DNA of 64,000 nucleotides from NCBI GenBank assembly GCA_965372795.1, contig CBDVDR010000004.1, forward strand, positions 128,001-192,000, in the 5' to 3' direction. The DNA is from an uncultured bacterium. Its GTDB lineage: Bacteria; Zixibacteria; MSB-5A5; GN15; FEB-12. The notes below the pieces were generated by a model. The model had not been told where the DNA came from, ran no database searches, and saw only the letters and a program-made list of their open reading frames with translations. Positions 29,425 through 38,624 of the stretch are shown in pieces; the stretch's first letter is position 1, and the number at the start of each line of letters is the position of its first letter. The position numbers were made by a program, and so were the translations under genes.

Positions 29425-30069
29425 TTAACGACATAAAGGCAGTGCCGACCCATTTTGAAATACATATTCGATTAATGTTGTAAGGTCTACAATATTTATT
29501 GAGATACCTTCCGCAAAATGAATATCCGCTTCTTCTTCACAAATCGCCGGGTCTCCGTGAATAAACAGATAACCTACCAGATCGGTAATATCGGCAATAT
29601 CTATCGGTAGTTCTCCCCCGCTATGGTTAAAGTCTCCTTTATACCGACAACAGGTTTCCACCATTCCATAAACCGGTACCGGAGCAAAAGCATACCAATT
29701 GAAAAAATAGGGTACTGCTGTATTTGAATAGTATTTCAAGGTTAGTTTTTCATTTAATTGAGGAATTAGCCAGCGAGTTGATACTCTGTCGTTAAATATA
29801 TCCCCAGACACATTTTCTGAAAGAATATTTTCACCCGCTTCACCATCAATAATCAGGCTAATAAAAACAATCGGTTCGTTTGAATAATCAGAAATAAATA
29901 ATTCATTTACAGGTGAACCGGTATTATTGTCAATGGTAATGATCACCGTATCTTCAATGTAACTTATATCCCAGCTGATATTAACTGACTCTGGAAAAAC
30001 AGATTGAGCTTTTCCTGATAAAGCCATCACACAAACAAAAATAGTAATATTTAGAAGTATTGTTTTCAT
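29425..30069 (-). CDS. Secreted protein with C-terminal Cys-flanked dockerin-like (paired EF-hand) domain; start likely 30069
   Basis: Signal peptide; C-terminus CC..GDFNHSG..IDIADITDLVGYLF..G..C..EADI...INIVDLTTLIEYVF..G..P.C. Confidence 0.78.
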   Translation of the reverse strand: MKTILLNITIFVCVMALSGKAQSVFPESVNISWDISYIEDTVIITIDNNTGSPVNELFISDYSNEPIVFISLIIDGEAGENILSENVSGDIFNDRVSTRWLIPQLNEKLTLKYYSNTAVPYFFNWYAFAPVPVYGMVETCCRYKGDFNHSGGELPIDIADITDLVGYLFIHGDPAICEEEADIHFAEGISINIVDLTTLIEYVFQNGSALPLCR

Positions 30070-30215
30070 TTCGCATTTCAAATTTAAAAAACTAATTTAT
30101 CAATAGGGTGACACTTTAGTTAAATCTAAATATACGATTTTATTATATAAAATGCTAATTTTTAGTCATAAAATATCGGTCAATAGAGTTATTTATTTGA
30201 AGAGGGAAAATATAC

Positions 30216-32315
30216 TTATTTTAATAGAACCATCTTTTTGGTTTCAGAAAAGTCACCGGATTCTATTCTATAGAAATAAATACCGGATGCTACCGCTTGA
30301 TTATTATTATTAGTGCCATCCCAGTTGGCAGTATATAACCCGGCTGATTTAACCCCATCTACTAAAGTCGAGGTAACCTGTCCATTTGAGTTATAAATAG
30401 CAATACTAACGTGAGAACTGCTTGGAACCGAGTAATCAAAACTTGTAGTCGGGTTGAACGGATTGGGGTAATTTTGTGATAATTCAAACGTTTCCGGAAG
30501 ATCGGCAAAACTGTCATCAACATCAGTCACAATATTGATTCTGGCTTCAGTCCAGGCAACATTTGAGATATCTGATAAGTTTGAGTCCGCATCCATAGTT
30601 TTAACTGCCACATAATGGACTATCCCCGGCTCTAAGCCGGAGATAGTTGCAGTAGAAGGAGTGACCTCAGTAAGATTGGGAATTGAATCAGTCCAAAAGA
30701 CTACTATCGAATCCCAATTATCTTCAGTAATTTCCTCAGTTGACCATTTTATTTGATATGATTCAACCGCAAACATTGACGGAGAAGCTTGAGCGCCATT
30801 ATCATCAAAGAACTCAATTCCTTCAGGCGGAGTCCAGCTTATGTCAATCTCACCATCACCTGAGCCCGGCTGTGCCTGTAAATCAATAATAGCAGCCGGT
30901 GGAGCAACATCAGCAGTAGTGGCACGAATCGCAACCGCAGACATCCCTGACCAGTTCGGAACTTCATCAGAAACTTTGACAGCGAAATAATAAGTAGTGC
31001 TTACATTAAGACCCTGAACAGTATATGACTGTTCGGTTCCGGCTGCCAATGGAGTCGGTTCATCGGCGATCTGAGTTGCCTGATCCCAGTTTGCAGCAGA
31101 AATCAATGCGGTTGAATATCTAATATCATAAGTTGTGGCGGTTCCAACATTGCCATCGTCACCAACGGCTGTCCATGATAGAGTAATTGAACTGTCAGTC
31201 GGGTCTAAAGTAATCAAGTCAGCAACAACTGAAGGTGCCACCTGTTCAACCGTAGTTGAATTAATAGCAATGTTTGAAAGAGCTGATACATTAGGAACTT
31301 CATCAGAAACTTTGATTGCAAAGAAATAATTAGTACTGGAGGCTAAATTTGTAACGGTGAAAGATTCTGCATTGCCCGCTGATTGAGGCGTTGGCTCACC
31401 GTTAACCTGCACAGCCGCTGCCCAGTTGGCATCAGAAATAGGTGAAGTTGAATATCTGATATCATAGCCGGATGCTGTACCGCTATTATTATCATCACCA
31501 ACAGCTGTCCAGGTTAACTGTATCGAAGTGCTGGTTGGATTGTCAGCAGAAAAATCCGAAACAGCAAGAGGAGCAATATCCTCATCAGAAGTAGAGCCGG
31601 ATGCTACATTCGATAAGTCAGACCAGTTTGGAACTTCATCAGCAACCTTCATTGCAAAATAATAAGTAGCATTGGAACTAAGACCGCTCACTACTAAAGT
31701 TTCCTGACTTCCGGCAGCCTGTGGAGCTGGTTCCCCGCTTAACTGAGATGCTACATCCCAATTAGCAGCAGAAATCGGTGAAGTTGAAATACGGATATCA
31801 TAAGTTGAAGCGGTTCCAACATTACCATCATCACCAACAGCCGTCCAGCTTAATTCCAAGGAAGTACTGTTGGGGTTGATTACTGAAAAGTCTGAAACTG
31901 CCAGAGGTGCATCTGTTTCAGCTTCAGTTGTTATGTTGTAAACGTTTGAAAGAAGCGACCAGTTGCCGGCTTCATCAGTAGTTTTAATTGCAAAATAATA
32001 GGTTGTTGATGGTTGTAAATCTTCAAGTACAAAACTTTCCGCAGATCCGGCTGGTTGCGGAAGTGGCGGATTCAATACTTCAATACATTGATCCCAGTTT
32101 GAATCATTTATATTGAAAGTTGCGTATCTGATATCATACTGAACTGCCTGACCGGTATTACCGTCATCGCCCGGCGCAGTCCAGGTTAGGGTTGCAGAAT
32201 TGGAAGGTGTTCCGGCAGCAAATGCTGCGGTACTTAAAAGGATCAATGTTATAATTGTTAATCCAAATAATCTGAATGTTCGAATGTTGTCGACAGACTT
32301 AAAAGTCCCTGTCAT
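30216..32315 (-). CDS. Secreted fibronectin type III repeat protein with T9SS type A/FlgD-like C-terminal domain
   Basis: Signal peptide; four clear and one degenerate WTAxGDDG..YDIRYS FN3 repeats; LSQNYPNPFNP...WDGTN..VASGIYFY..KKMVLLK tail. Confidence 0.88.
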   Translation of the reverse strand: MTGTFKSVDNIRTFRLFGLTIITLILLSTAAFAAGTPSNSATLTWTAPGDDGNTGQAVQYDIRYATFNINDSNWDQCIEVLNPPLPQPAGSAESFVLEDLQPSTTYYFAIKTTDEAGNWSLLSNVYNITTEAETDAPLAVSDFSVINPNSTSLELSWTAVGDDGNVGTASTYDIRISTSPISAANWDVASQLSGEPAPQAAGSQETLVVSGLSSNATYYFAMKVADEVPNWSDLSNVASGSTSDEDIAPLAVSDFSADNPTSTSIQLTWTAVGDDNNSGTASGYDIRYSTSPISDANWAAAVQVNGEPTPQSAGNAESFTVTNLASSTNYFFAIKVSDEVPNVSALSNIAINSTTVEQVAPSVVADLITLDPTDSSITLSWTAVGDDGNVGTATTYDIRYSTALISAANWDQATQIADEPTPLAAGTEQSYTVQGLNVSTTYYFAVKVSDEVPNWSGMSAVAIRATTADVAPPAAIIDLQAQPGSGDGEIDISWTPPEGIEFFDDNGAQASPSMFAVESYQIKWSTEEITEDNWDSIVVFWTDSIPNLTEVTPSTATISGLEPGIVHYVAVKTMDADSNLSDISNVAWTEARINIVTDVDDSFADLPETFELSQNYPNPFNPTTSFDYSVPSSSHVSIAIYNSNGQVTSTLVDGVKSAGLYTANWDGTNNNNQAVASGIYFYRIESGDFSETKKMVLLK
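30900..32200 (-). repeat. Intragenic FN3 repeats with 336-bp period (boundaries approximate)
   Basis: CCAACRGCYGTCCA occurs at 31162, 31498 and 31834, exactly 336 bp apart. Confidence 0.85.
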
Positions 32316-32360
32316 GGCTTACTCCTAAAATTAAATATTTCGTCTTTTATCAGGAGTAAT

Positions 32361-32376
32361 TGCAAACCGTAAGCCG
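32361..32376 (-). promoter_or_regulatory. Putative sigma-54 promoter of the FN3 surface-protein gene
   Basis: Minus strand CGGCTTACGGTTTGCA: GG-N10-GC with TTGCA at -12, about 45 bp upstream of the ATG. Confidence 0.55.
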
Positions 32377-32648
32377 AAAACGCAGATAACGTATCTCGTT
32401 GTCTGTCTTCCGGTTATATTTTTACTTGAGTCCGTGAATTCGTCTTTGTTCTTTTTAGGGATACCTTTTTTGAGCAATGATTAAGAATTATACAGATTGT
32501 TATTTAATGAAAATTGTCCTTAGAAAATTGTTGCGATTTTATTTTGTGAATTCAAATTAACTGATAATTCAATTACAACCGGTTATTATTATCTTTTGAA
32601 TATATCCAATAAGAGGATTTTTCAGTTTTAATCTGAGAAATTATTGCG

Positions 32649-33347
32649 TTATGCTAAATCGAACAATAGAACTTCGGCAGAATTTGTAGTATGAATTGTT
32701 ATCAAGTGTTCATTTTCAATCACCGCCCCGTCACCCTGCTCCAAATCTATACCATTAACATTCGCCCCACCTTTGGCTATTTGAAGCCATCCGAATCTTT
32801 TAGGCTTGAAATTGTGTTTAATTTCTATGCCACTCTCAAGCTTCGTTGCATATAATTTAACATCCTGATTAATAAAAATAGCATTGTCGGCTTTATCAGA
32901 AGATGCTATCAAACCTAAATTATTTTGAATTTGATCCGGATTAATTTCTATTTGATCATACGCAGGCTCAAGACTTTGCTTGTTGGGGTAAATCCATATT
33001 TGTAAAAGATGTGTCTCTTCTGTTTCAGATGGATTAAACTCACTGTGCAATATCCCATTACCGGCAGTCATTTTTTGGATCTCACCCGGTTTGATGATGG
33101 ACCCGTTACCAAGCGAATCTCTGTGCTGTAACTGCCCGCTTAGAACATAAGTAATAATTTCCATATCTCGGTGCGGATGAGTCCCGAAACCCCCACTGGG
33201 CGCAATGAAATCATCATTAATTACTCGGAGTGCTCTAAAGCAATTATATTTTTCATCTTTGAAATGATTAAATGAAAAAGTATGAAAACTATCCAACCAT
33301 TTCAATTTTGTATGACCGCGCTCTTTGTTATTTCGTATCGTAATCAT
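32649..33347 (-). CDS. Pirin family protein (YhhW-like)
   Basis: WLDSFHTFSF, LRVINDD, HPHRDMEI, HRDSLGN, MTAGNGILHSE, LLQIWI. Confidence 0.93.
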   Translation of the reverse strand: MITIRNNKERGHTKLKWLDSFHTFSFNHFKDEKYNCFRALRVINDDFIAPSGGFGTHPHRDMEIITYVLSGQLQHRDSLGNGSIIKPGEIQKMTAGNGILHSEFNPSETEETHLLQIWIYPNKQSLEPAYDQIEINPDQIQNNLGLIASSDKADNAIFINQDVKLYATKLESGIEIKHNFKPKRFGWLQIAKGGANVNGIDLEQGDGAVIENEHLITIHTTNSAEVLLFDLA

Positions 33348-33400
33348 AATATTTCCTCAACTTTATAACAACTTTTCTCCATCAAAAGTTAATCCGACAT

Positions 33401-33431
33401 AAAAAAACCGCCCTCATATTGGACGGTTTTT
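33401..33431 (-). terminator. Rho-independent terminator after the TSP3/MopE-repeat gene
   Basis: AAAAACCGCC..GGACGGTTTTT stem with a T-run on the minus strand. Confidence 0.7.
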
Positions 33432-33456
33432 GATAATAATTCTGTTTAATGCTAAG

Positions 33457-35997
33457 TTATTTTATCATAACCAGCTTTTTTGAAATAATTTTCTTATCAG
33501 TTTCCATTCGATATAAATAAATCCCACTCGGTGCCGTTTGCCCCTTATTATCTTTTCCATCCCAGTGATAATTATGATAACCGGCAGGAACTGACATATT
33601 TACCAGATTACGAATTTTTTGCCCAAGAGCATTATAAATGGTCAGCCTTACATAAGATCTTTCCGGCAGGGCAAGCCTGATAACCGTACCGGCATTAAAT
33701 GGATTGGGATAGTTCTGCCCTAACTGGAAATTCAATGGCAATAACTCATCTGAAAATTCAGCAACCTCTGTCTGAATATCTTCACAGGCATCACCGATTC
33801 CATTGCCATTTGAATCATCCTGAGTCGGATTAAATGTTTCTATACAATTATCAGGACTCTTCAAAACATATCCATCCGGTTTTTCACATCCGACTTCTAA
33901 TAACAACGTATCACCATAACCATCGTTATCAGAATCAAAATACCAGTTAGATAATGGATTTATTTCTGAATTTGAATCATCACAATCAGTATTATCCAGA
34001 ACATAATTCTGGTAGTCCTCACAGGCTGTTACAAACAGAGCCGGATTACCAAAATTGTCACCATCAATGTCGGCGTACCAAAGAATCGACGGATTTAGGT
34101 TTTGATCGCCATCGTCACAATCTTGATTGTTGGAGACATAGCCAATTACAGAATCACAACTAATGATTGAGTCTACCGGGTTCCCGAAATTATCATTATC
34201 AGCATCAGCATACCAGACAGCATCCGGATTTAACGCTGGATCAGAGTCATCACAATCGGTATTATCAGCAACAAAACCATCCGGTTTCAAACAAGTATCT
34301 TTAGGAGAATTGATATTTCCAAACCCATCTCGATCAACATCCTCATACCAGATTAGATCAGGATTAATATTTTCATCACTATCATCACAGTCAGAATTGT
34401 TTATTACATAACCATCAGGCTGTTCACAATCTGTCAGTACAACCTCAATATTTCCAAACCCGTCCTGATCATAATCTTCATACCATTTTGTATTTGGGTT
34501 GATTTTATCGTTGGTATCATCACAGTCGTCCGGATTAGCAACGTATCCTTCAATTGCTTCACATTGGGAAATTTTATAATTAACATTACCAAATCCATCA
34601 CCATCGGTATCTTCATACCAGAGCGAAGTTGGATTTGAATCAATATCGGTATCATCACAATCGGTATTATCTAAAACATAGCCTGGTGGCTGTTCACATT
34701 GCTGTAATGTATTATCAATATTGCCATATCCGTCACCATCGGAGTCCAGATACCAGATAGTTTCAGGATTAAACACCGGATCTTCAGCCTGGCAATCACA
34801 GGCATCACCATAGCCATCATTGTCAGAATCTATTTGGTCGAAGTCACTGTCTTCCGGACAAATATCACAAAGATCGCCGATATTATCATTATCAACATCA
34901 GACTGGTCGGGGTTGGACAAATCTAAACAGTTGTCAACATCTCCGCAAACGCCATCTTCATCAATATCATTGTCCGGATCATTATTACAAAAATCACAGG
35001 CATCACCAACACCGTCATTGTCAATATCTTCCTGTAAAGGATTAAAAGTTGAATCACAATTATCTAAATCCCCGCAGATATCATCCTGATCAAAATCATT
35101 TTCAGGATCATAATCACAAATGTCACAGGCATCACCCATCCCGTCACCATCAGTATCTAACTGATCCAGATTATCAAAATATTTACAATTATCACACCTG
35201 TCTCCAACTCCATCCCCATCAGCATCCTCTTGATCCTGATTGCCAACCGTTGGACAATTATCAATACCGTCACAATACCCGTCAAAATCTATATCTTCAC
35301 CGGGAATAGTTGGACATCGGTCACAAACATCACCAATTCCGTCTCCATCCCTGTCTGCCTGATCGTAGTTCTGAATAAAAGGACAGTTGTCATAGTTTTC
35401 ACAGATTTGATCATCATCTGAATCATCTTTACACTTTAAGCCAGATCCATACGGAGTCGGATCACACAGATCACCAATTGAGTCACCATCGCTATCGAGC
35501 TGATCAGGGTTATAATTTAAAGGACAATTATCCCAAAAATCCGGATAACCATCATTATCAGAATCAACTTGGTTATCCTCAAACTCAACCAGAATTGATG
35601 CAAAGAGCAAATTACTTGATGATTTATTTAAATCCTCTATAGAAAATTCAATTTTTGAGGGAATGCCGTTAACCGAAACCGAATAATAATTTGAAAATTG
35701 TTCGGAGCTAGTTAGTTCATCTTTATTATAATCATAGAACAATTGCAACGGTCCGAAAAAACCGTCATCTTCAATTGTGAATTCCCCTCTTAGAATATTA
35801 CCCTGTTCATAGATATAAACCTTTATCCCCTGAGCTACCGGTTGTCCGGAAATTTGGATTGTTCCATAAACATCAACATAAGAATCGGTAGCCTCTACTT
35901 CGGCAAAAACTGATGATGAGGCAAAAATTAATAAGATCAGGAGTGCAAAAACATAATTCTTTTGTGAAAATTTAAGATGCTTATTATTGATATACAT
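33457..35997 (-). CDS. Secreted thrombospondin type 3 repeat + MopE-like metal-binding repeat protein with T9SS/FlgD-like C-terminal domain
   Basis: Signal peptide; many DNCP...DxDGDGxGDxCD units; seven WYxDxDxDGF/YG...DCDD units; QNYPNPFN...WDGKD..SGIYLY tail. Confidence 0.88.
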   Translation of the reverse strand: MYINNKHLKFSQKNYVFALLILLIFASSSVFAEVEATDSYVDVYGTIQISGQPVAQGIKVYIYEQGNILRGEFTIEDDGFFGPLQLFYDYNKDELTSSEQFSNYYSVSVNGIPSKIEFSIEDLNKSSSNLLFASILVEFEDNQVDSDNDGYPDFWDNCPLNYNPDQLDSDGDSIGDLCDPTPYGSGLKCKDDSDDDQICENYDNCPFIQNYDQADRDGDGIGDVCDRCPTIPGEDIDFDGYCDGIDNCPTVGNQDQEDADGDGVGDRCDNCKYFDNLDQLDTDGDGMGDACDICDYDPENDFDQDDICGDLDNCDSTFNPLQEDIDNDGVGDACDFCNNDPDNDIDEDGVCGDVDNCLDLSNPDQSDVDNDNIGDLCDICPEDSDFDQIDSDNDGYGDACDCQAEDPVFNPETIWYLDSDGDGYGNIDNTLQQCEQPPGYVLDNTDCDDTDIDSNPTSLWYEDTDGDGFGNVNYKISQCEAIEGYVANPDDCDDTNDKINPNTKWYEDYDQDGFGNIEVVLTDCEQPDGYVINNSDCDDSDENINPDLIWYEDVDRDGFGNINSPKDTCLKPDGFVADNTDCDDSDPALNPDAVWYADADNDNFGNPVDSIISCDSVIGYVSNNQDCDDGDQNLNPSILWYADIDGDNFGNPALFVTACEDYQNYVLDNTDCDDSNSEINPLSNWYFDSDNDGYGDTLLLEVGCEKPDGYVLKSPDNCIETFNPTQDDSNGNGIGDACEDIQTEVAEFSDELLPLNFQLGQNYPNPFNAGTVIRLALPERSYVRLTIYNALGQKIRNLVNMSVPAGYHNYHWDGKDNKGQTAPSGIYLYRMETDKKIISKKLVMIK
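33850..34810 (-). repeat. Seven intragenic 135-bp (45-aa) WYxDxDxDG repeats (boundaries approximate)
   Basis: TACCA (the Trp-Tyr codons on the minus strand) at 33941, 34076, 34211, 34346, 34481, 34616 and 34751. Confidence 0.85.
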
Positions 35998-36363
35998 GCT
36001 CTCTTTCTGATCAATATTGTATATATCTATGTCTCAGAATTTGAAATTTCCTTACAAACAAAATTATTATTATTTTAAAGCAAATAACAATGATTTTTTC
36101 AGGTTCAATCCCTTAAACAGATCCTAATTATCAAACGAATATTATCTGATTTTGTTTACGAAATTTCCTCAAAACTACATTTTGATGGATGATTATTTTG
36201 GTCTTATATTATAACATAATATATTATTTGTGCATAAAATGCGCATTTCATTTCATAATAACTTTATAAACTGATGTTTCCGTGGTCAATACCCTTACTG
36301 CTATTCCCATGACTATCAATAAGATAAGCTAATAATCACTGTTTTATTTACTTCCTGTTATTC

Positions 36364-36380
36364 TTGGATTGGCATTTGCT
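36364..36380 (+). promoter_or_regulatory. Putative sigma-54 promoter of the PEP-CTERM gene
   Basis: TTGGATTGGCATTTGCT: TGG-N10-GC with TTGC at -12. Near-palindrome TGTGCA-N5-TGCGCA upstream at 36229-36245. Confidence 0.55.
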
Positions 36381-36445
36381 ATGATATTAAACGTAAAATA
36401 ACATCAGGTAAACATTAGATAATTATAGAACGGATTGACAACAGA

Positions 36446-37039
36446 ATGAAAAAAATTATTCCTGGGTTAATAATAGCTGGTCTGATAATGACAGCTTTTT
36501 TTAATGTAAGCGCTGCAGTTCATACCTTTACCCCTACTCCTGCAGATATTTACGATTTAGATCATTACCGTGCCTATACCTGGGGTGTTGATTGGGGACC
36601 GGCTGATGGTGAAACAATTGAAGATGTTGTTTTAACATTTGACAATATCCGTAATTGGAGAGATGAACCGAATAATCTGTTTATCCACCTATTTGATGCG
36701 ACTCCTTCGGGGCTTACCGTTATTGATGATGGTAATCCGGTAATAGCTGATTATTTTGATGGTCAGGGCTTATTAATTGATGCCTGGAGTGACCCGGTTT
36801 CTGCCGGTTATTTCGGTGATGGCATCCAGCTCTCATATAGTTTTTCTGAATTAGGTTTTCTTGATGATTTTGTTTCGGCTTCGGCTGATGGAAATTTTGG
36901 TTTCGGGTTTGATCCTGATTGCCATTATTGGAATGATGGTGTCACCCTTACTGTCACAACTTCGACTCCTGAACCGGCTACTTTAATTCTGCTTGCCTTA
37001 GGTCTCTGTGGTGGAGCTGTAGTAAGAAAATTATCCTGA
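36446..37039 (+). CDS. PEP-CTERM sorting domain protein
   Basis: Signal peptide; C-terminal TPEPATLILLALGLCGGAVVRKLS (PEP, TM helix, basic residues). Confidence 0.93.
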   Translation: MKKIIPGLIIAGLIMTAFFNVSAAVHTFTPTPADIYDLDHYRAYTWGVDWGPADGETIEDVVLTFDNIRNWRDEPNNLFIHLFDATPSGLTVIDDGNPVIADYFDGQGLLIDAWSDPVSAGYFGDGIQLSYSFSELGFLDDFVSASADGNFGFGFDPDCHYWNDGVTLTVTTSTPEPATLILLALGLCGGAVVRKLS

Positions 37040-37059
37040 TTATAAATATTTGATTTTAT

Positions 37060-37093
37060 AAATCCTGCTCTTAATTAAGAGTGGGATTTTTTT
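37060..37093 (+). terminator. Rho-independent terminator after the PEP-CTERM gene
   Basis: AAATCCTGCTCTT-AATT-AAGAGTGGGATTT followed by a T-run. Confidence 0.8.
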
Positions 37094-37141
37094 ATACATT
37101 TTTTGCAAACTTTATCTGTTTATGACAGTATATTATATGAA

Positions 37142-38437
37142 ATGATTTCAAGACGCAAATTTAACAAATTTATAGCATCTATGCCGCTTGCATTATCTTT
37201 TAATTCTCTAATAGGATGCTCCGATAATATGAGTGTGAATGATTTCCCGCCACAGACCCAGGCTACAATTTATAAATCAACATCCACCGATATCCCCAAA
37301 GCTGTTAATTCCTTGATCGAATCAATTGGCGGAATAAACTCAATTTTTGGCAACGAAGATATTATCATATTAAAACCTAACAGTCAGTGGTGGAATCAGG
37401 GAACGACCAACACCGATGTCATGGCAGCTTTTATTGACCAAATTCTCAATATACCGAATTTCAAAGGGGAAATAATAATTGCTGATAATCATCAATCAGA
37501 AACTCCCAACGATCGGGGCTGGTCAACTGAAAATCGTAATGGCCGCTTTAACCTGAATGAACTGGTAGAGTATTTTAATGACCGTGGGTTCCCAAACGTA
37601 TCAAAATATCATTGGCATCCGGCTGGAGCCAACCCGACCCCCTTGCAATTTGGAGGACAAGGAGAATCGGTTATCAAGCATCCATCGGAAGGCGATGGGT
37701 ATATCTGGAATGAAAAATTCTTCTATCAGTGTCCTTATGGCAATAAATCAATACTGGCTTATCCGGTTTTTACATCAACATATAGCGGCACAACTATTGA
37801 TTTAAAAGATGGAGCTTTTAAAGATGGCAAATATATTGACCAACAGGTTAAATTTATAAATTTTTCAGCCCTAAACCATCACGGTCAATATGCCGGAGTT
37901 ACAGCCTCAATTAAAAACCTGATGGGCGTTGTTGATATGTCATGCGGTTACCCGGCTCCTCAACCTGATAATTGTTTTAATACTCATCATATCGGCGCCT
38001 CGAGTGCTTTCCGGTTTTTAGTTAATCAAGCCGATAAACTTGGCAAACTTCCCTACTATCGCCACCTTTTAAACCATCGCTCAGTATTCAGATTCGAATA
38101 CACCGGAGGAGTGCTTGGAAAATTCATGAGTACCATTCGAAAACCTGACCTGAATATTATCACCGCCATAAACATCGGTTGGGGGTCAAGAACTGACCTA
38201 TCCAAAGTCTTTAAAGCTGATACTATCTTAGCGTCCAAAGATCAGGTCGCCCTTGATTACTGGTCAGCCAAAGAAATTCTTTGGAAAGCCTCAAAAAAAT
38301 CAGGGGCACCCGAGTATATACTTAAATTAAATAATCCGGATACTGAAAATAGCCGTTTGATGGCTTTTATCGAGGAGTGCCGAAGAGAAATAGGCGGCAC
38401 AACTGATCAAAATATGATAACGGTAATCGAATCATAG
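37142..38437 (+). CDS. DUF362-domain protein with twin-Arg (lipoprotein-type) signal; start likely 37142
   Basis: MISRRKFNK...LIGC; IILKPN; FINFSALNHH; TASIKNLMG; ASKDQVALD. Confidence 0.75.
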   Translation: MISRRKFNKFIASMPLALSFNSLIGCSDNMSVNDFPPQTQATIYKSTSTDIPKAVNSLIESIGGINSIFGNEDIIILKPNSQWWNQGTTNTDVMAAFIDQILNIPNFKGEIIIADNHQSETPNDRGWSTENRNGRFNLNELVEYFNDRGFPNVSKYHWHPAGANPTPLQFGGQGESVIKHPSEGDGYIWNEKFFYQCPYGNKSILAYPVFTSTYSGTTIDLKDGAFKDGKYIDQQVKFINFSALNHHGQYAGVTASIKNLMGVVDMSCGYPAPQPDNCFNTHHIGASSAFRFLVNQADKLGKLPYYRHLLNHRSVFRFEYTGGVLGKFMSTIRKPDLNIITAINIGWGSRTDLSKVFKADTILASKDQVALDYWSAKEILWKASKKSGAPEYILKLNNPDTENSRLMAFIEECRREIGGTTDQNMITVIES

Positions 38438-38624
38438 TTTATAATTTTATTCTTTATTGTAGATAAAAGACAATTAGAGTCCTTTATCTGAAAAACAACA
38501 CCTGAGCCTTTGAGGTTTGAATTGAGGGTTGTTTAAACCTTGACTAAAAGTGAATAATTAAATATTTTTAATAGTTAGAAGTAATTTAAATTTCTTAACA
38601 ACTTGACTCCAGAATAAGATTAAG

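Noticed and set aside
32361..32400. GCAAACC...GAAA..CGCA resembling a c-di-GMP-I riboswitch
   Set aside because: It is on the strand opposite the downstream gene and lacks the P2/P3 pairing. It is better explained as a minus-strand sigma-54 promoter.
30900..35600. Periodic DNA repeats as a CRISPR array or DGR template/variable repeats
   Set aside because: The periods (336 and 135 bp) are multiples of 3 inside ORFs, with codon-level divergence. No cas or reverse transcriptase genes are present.
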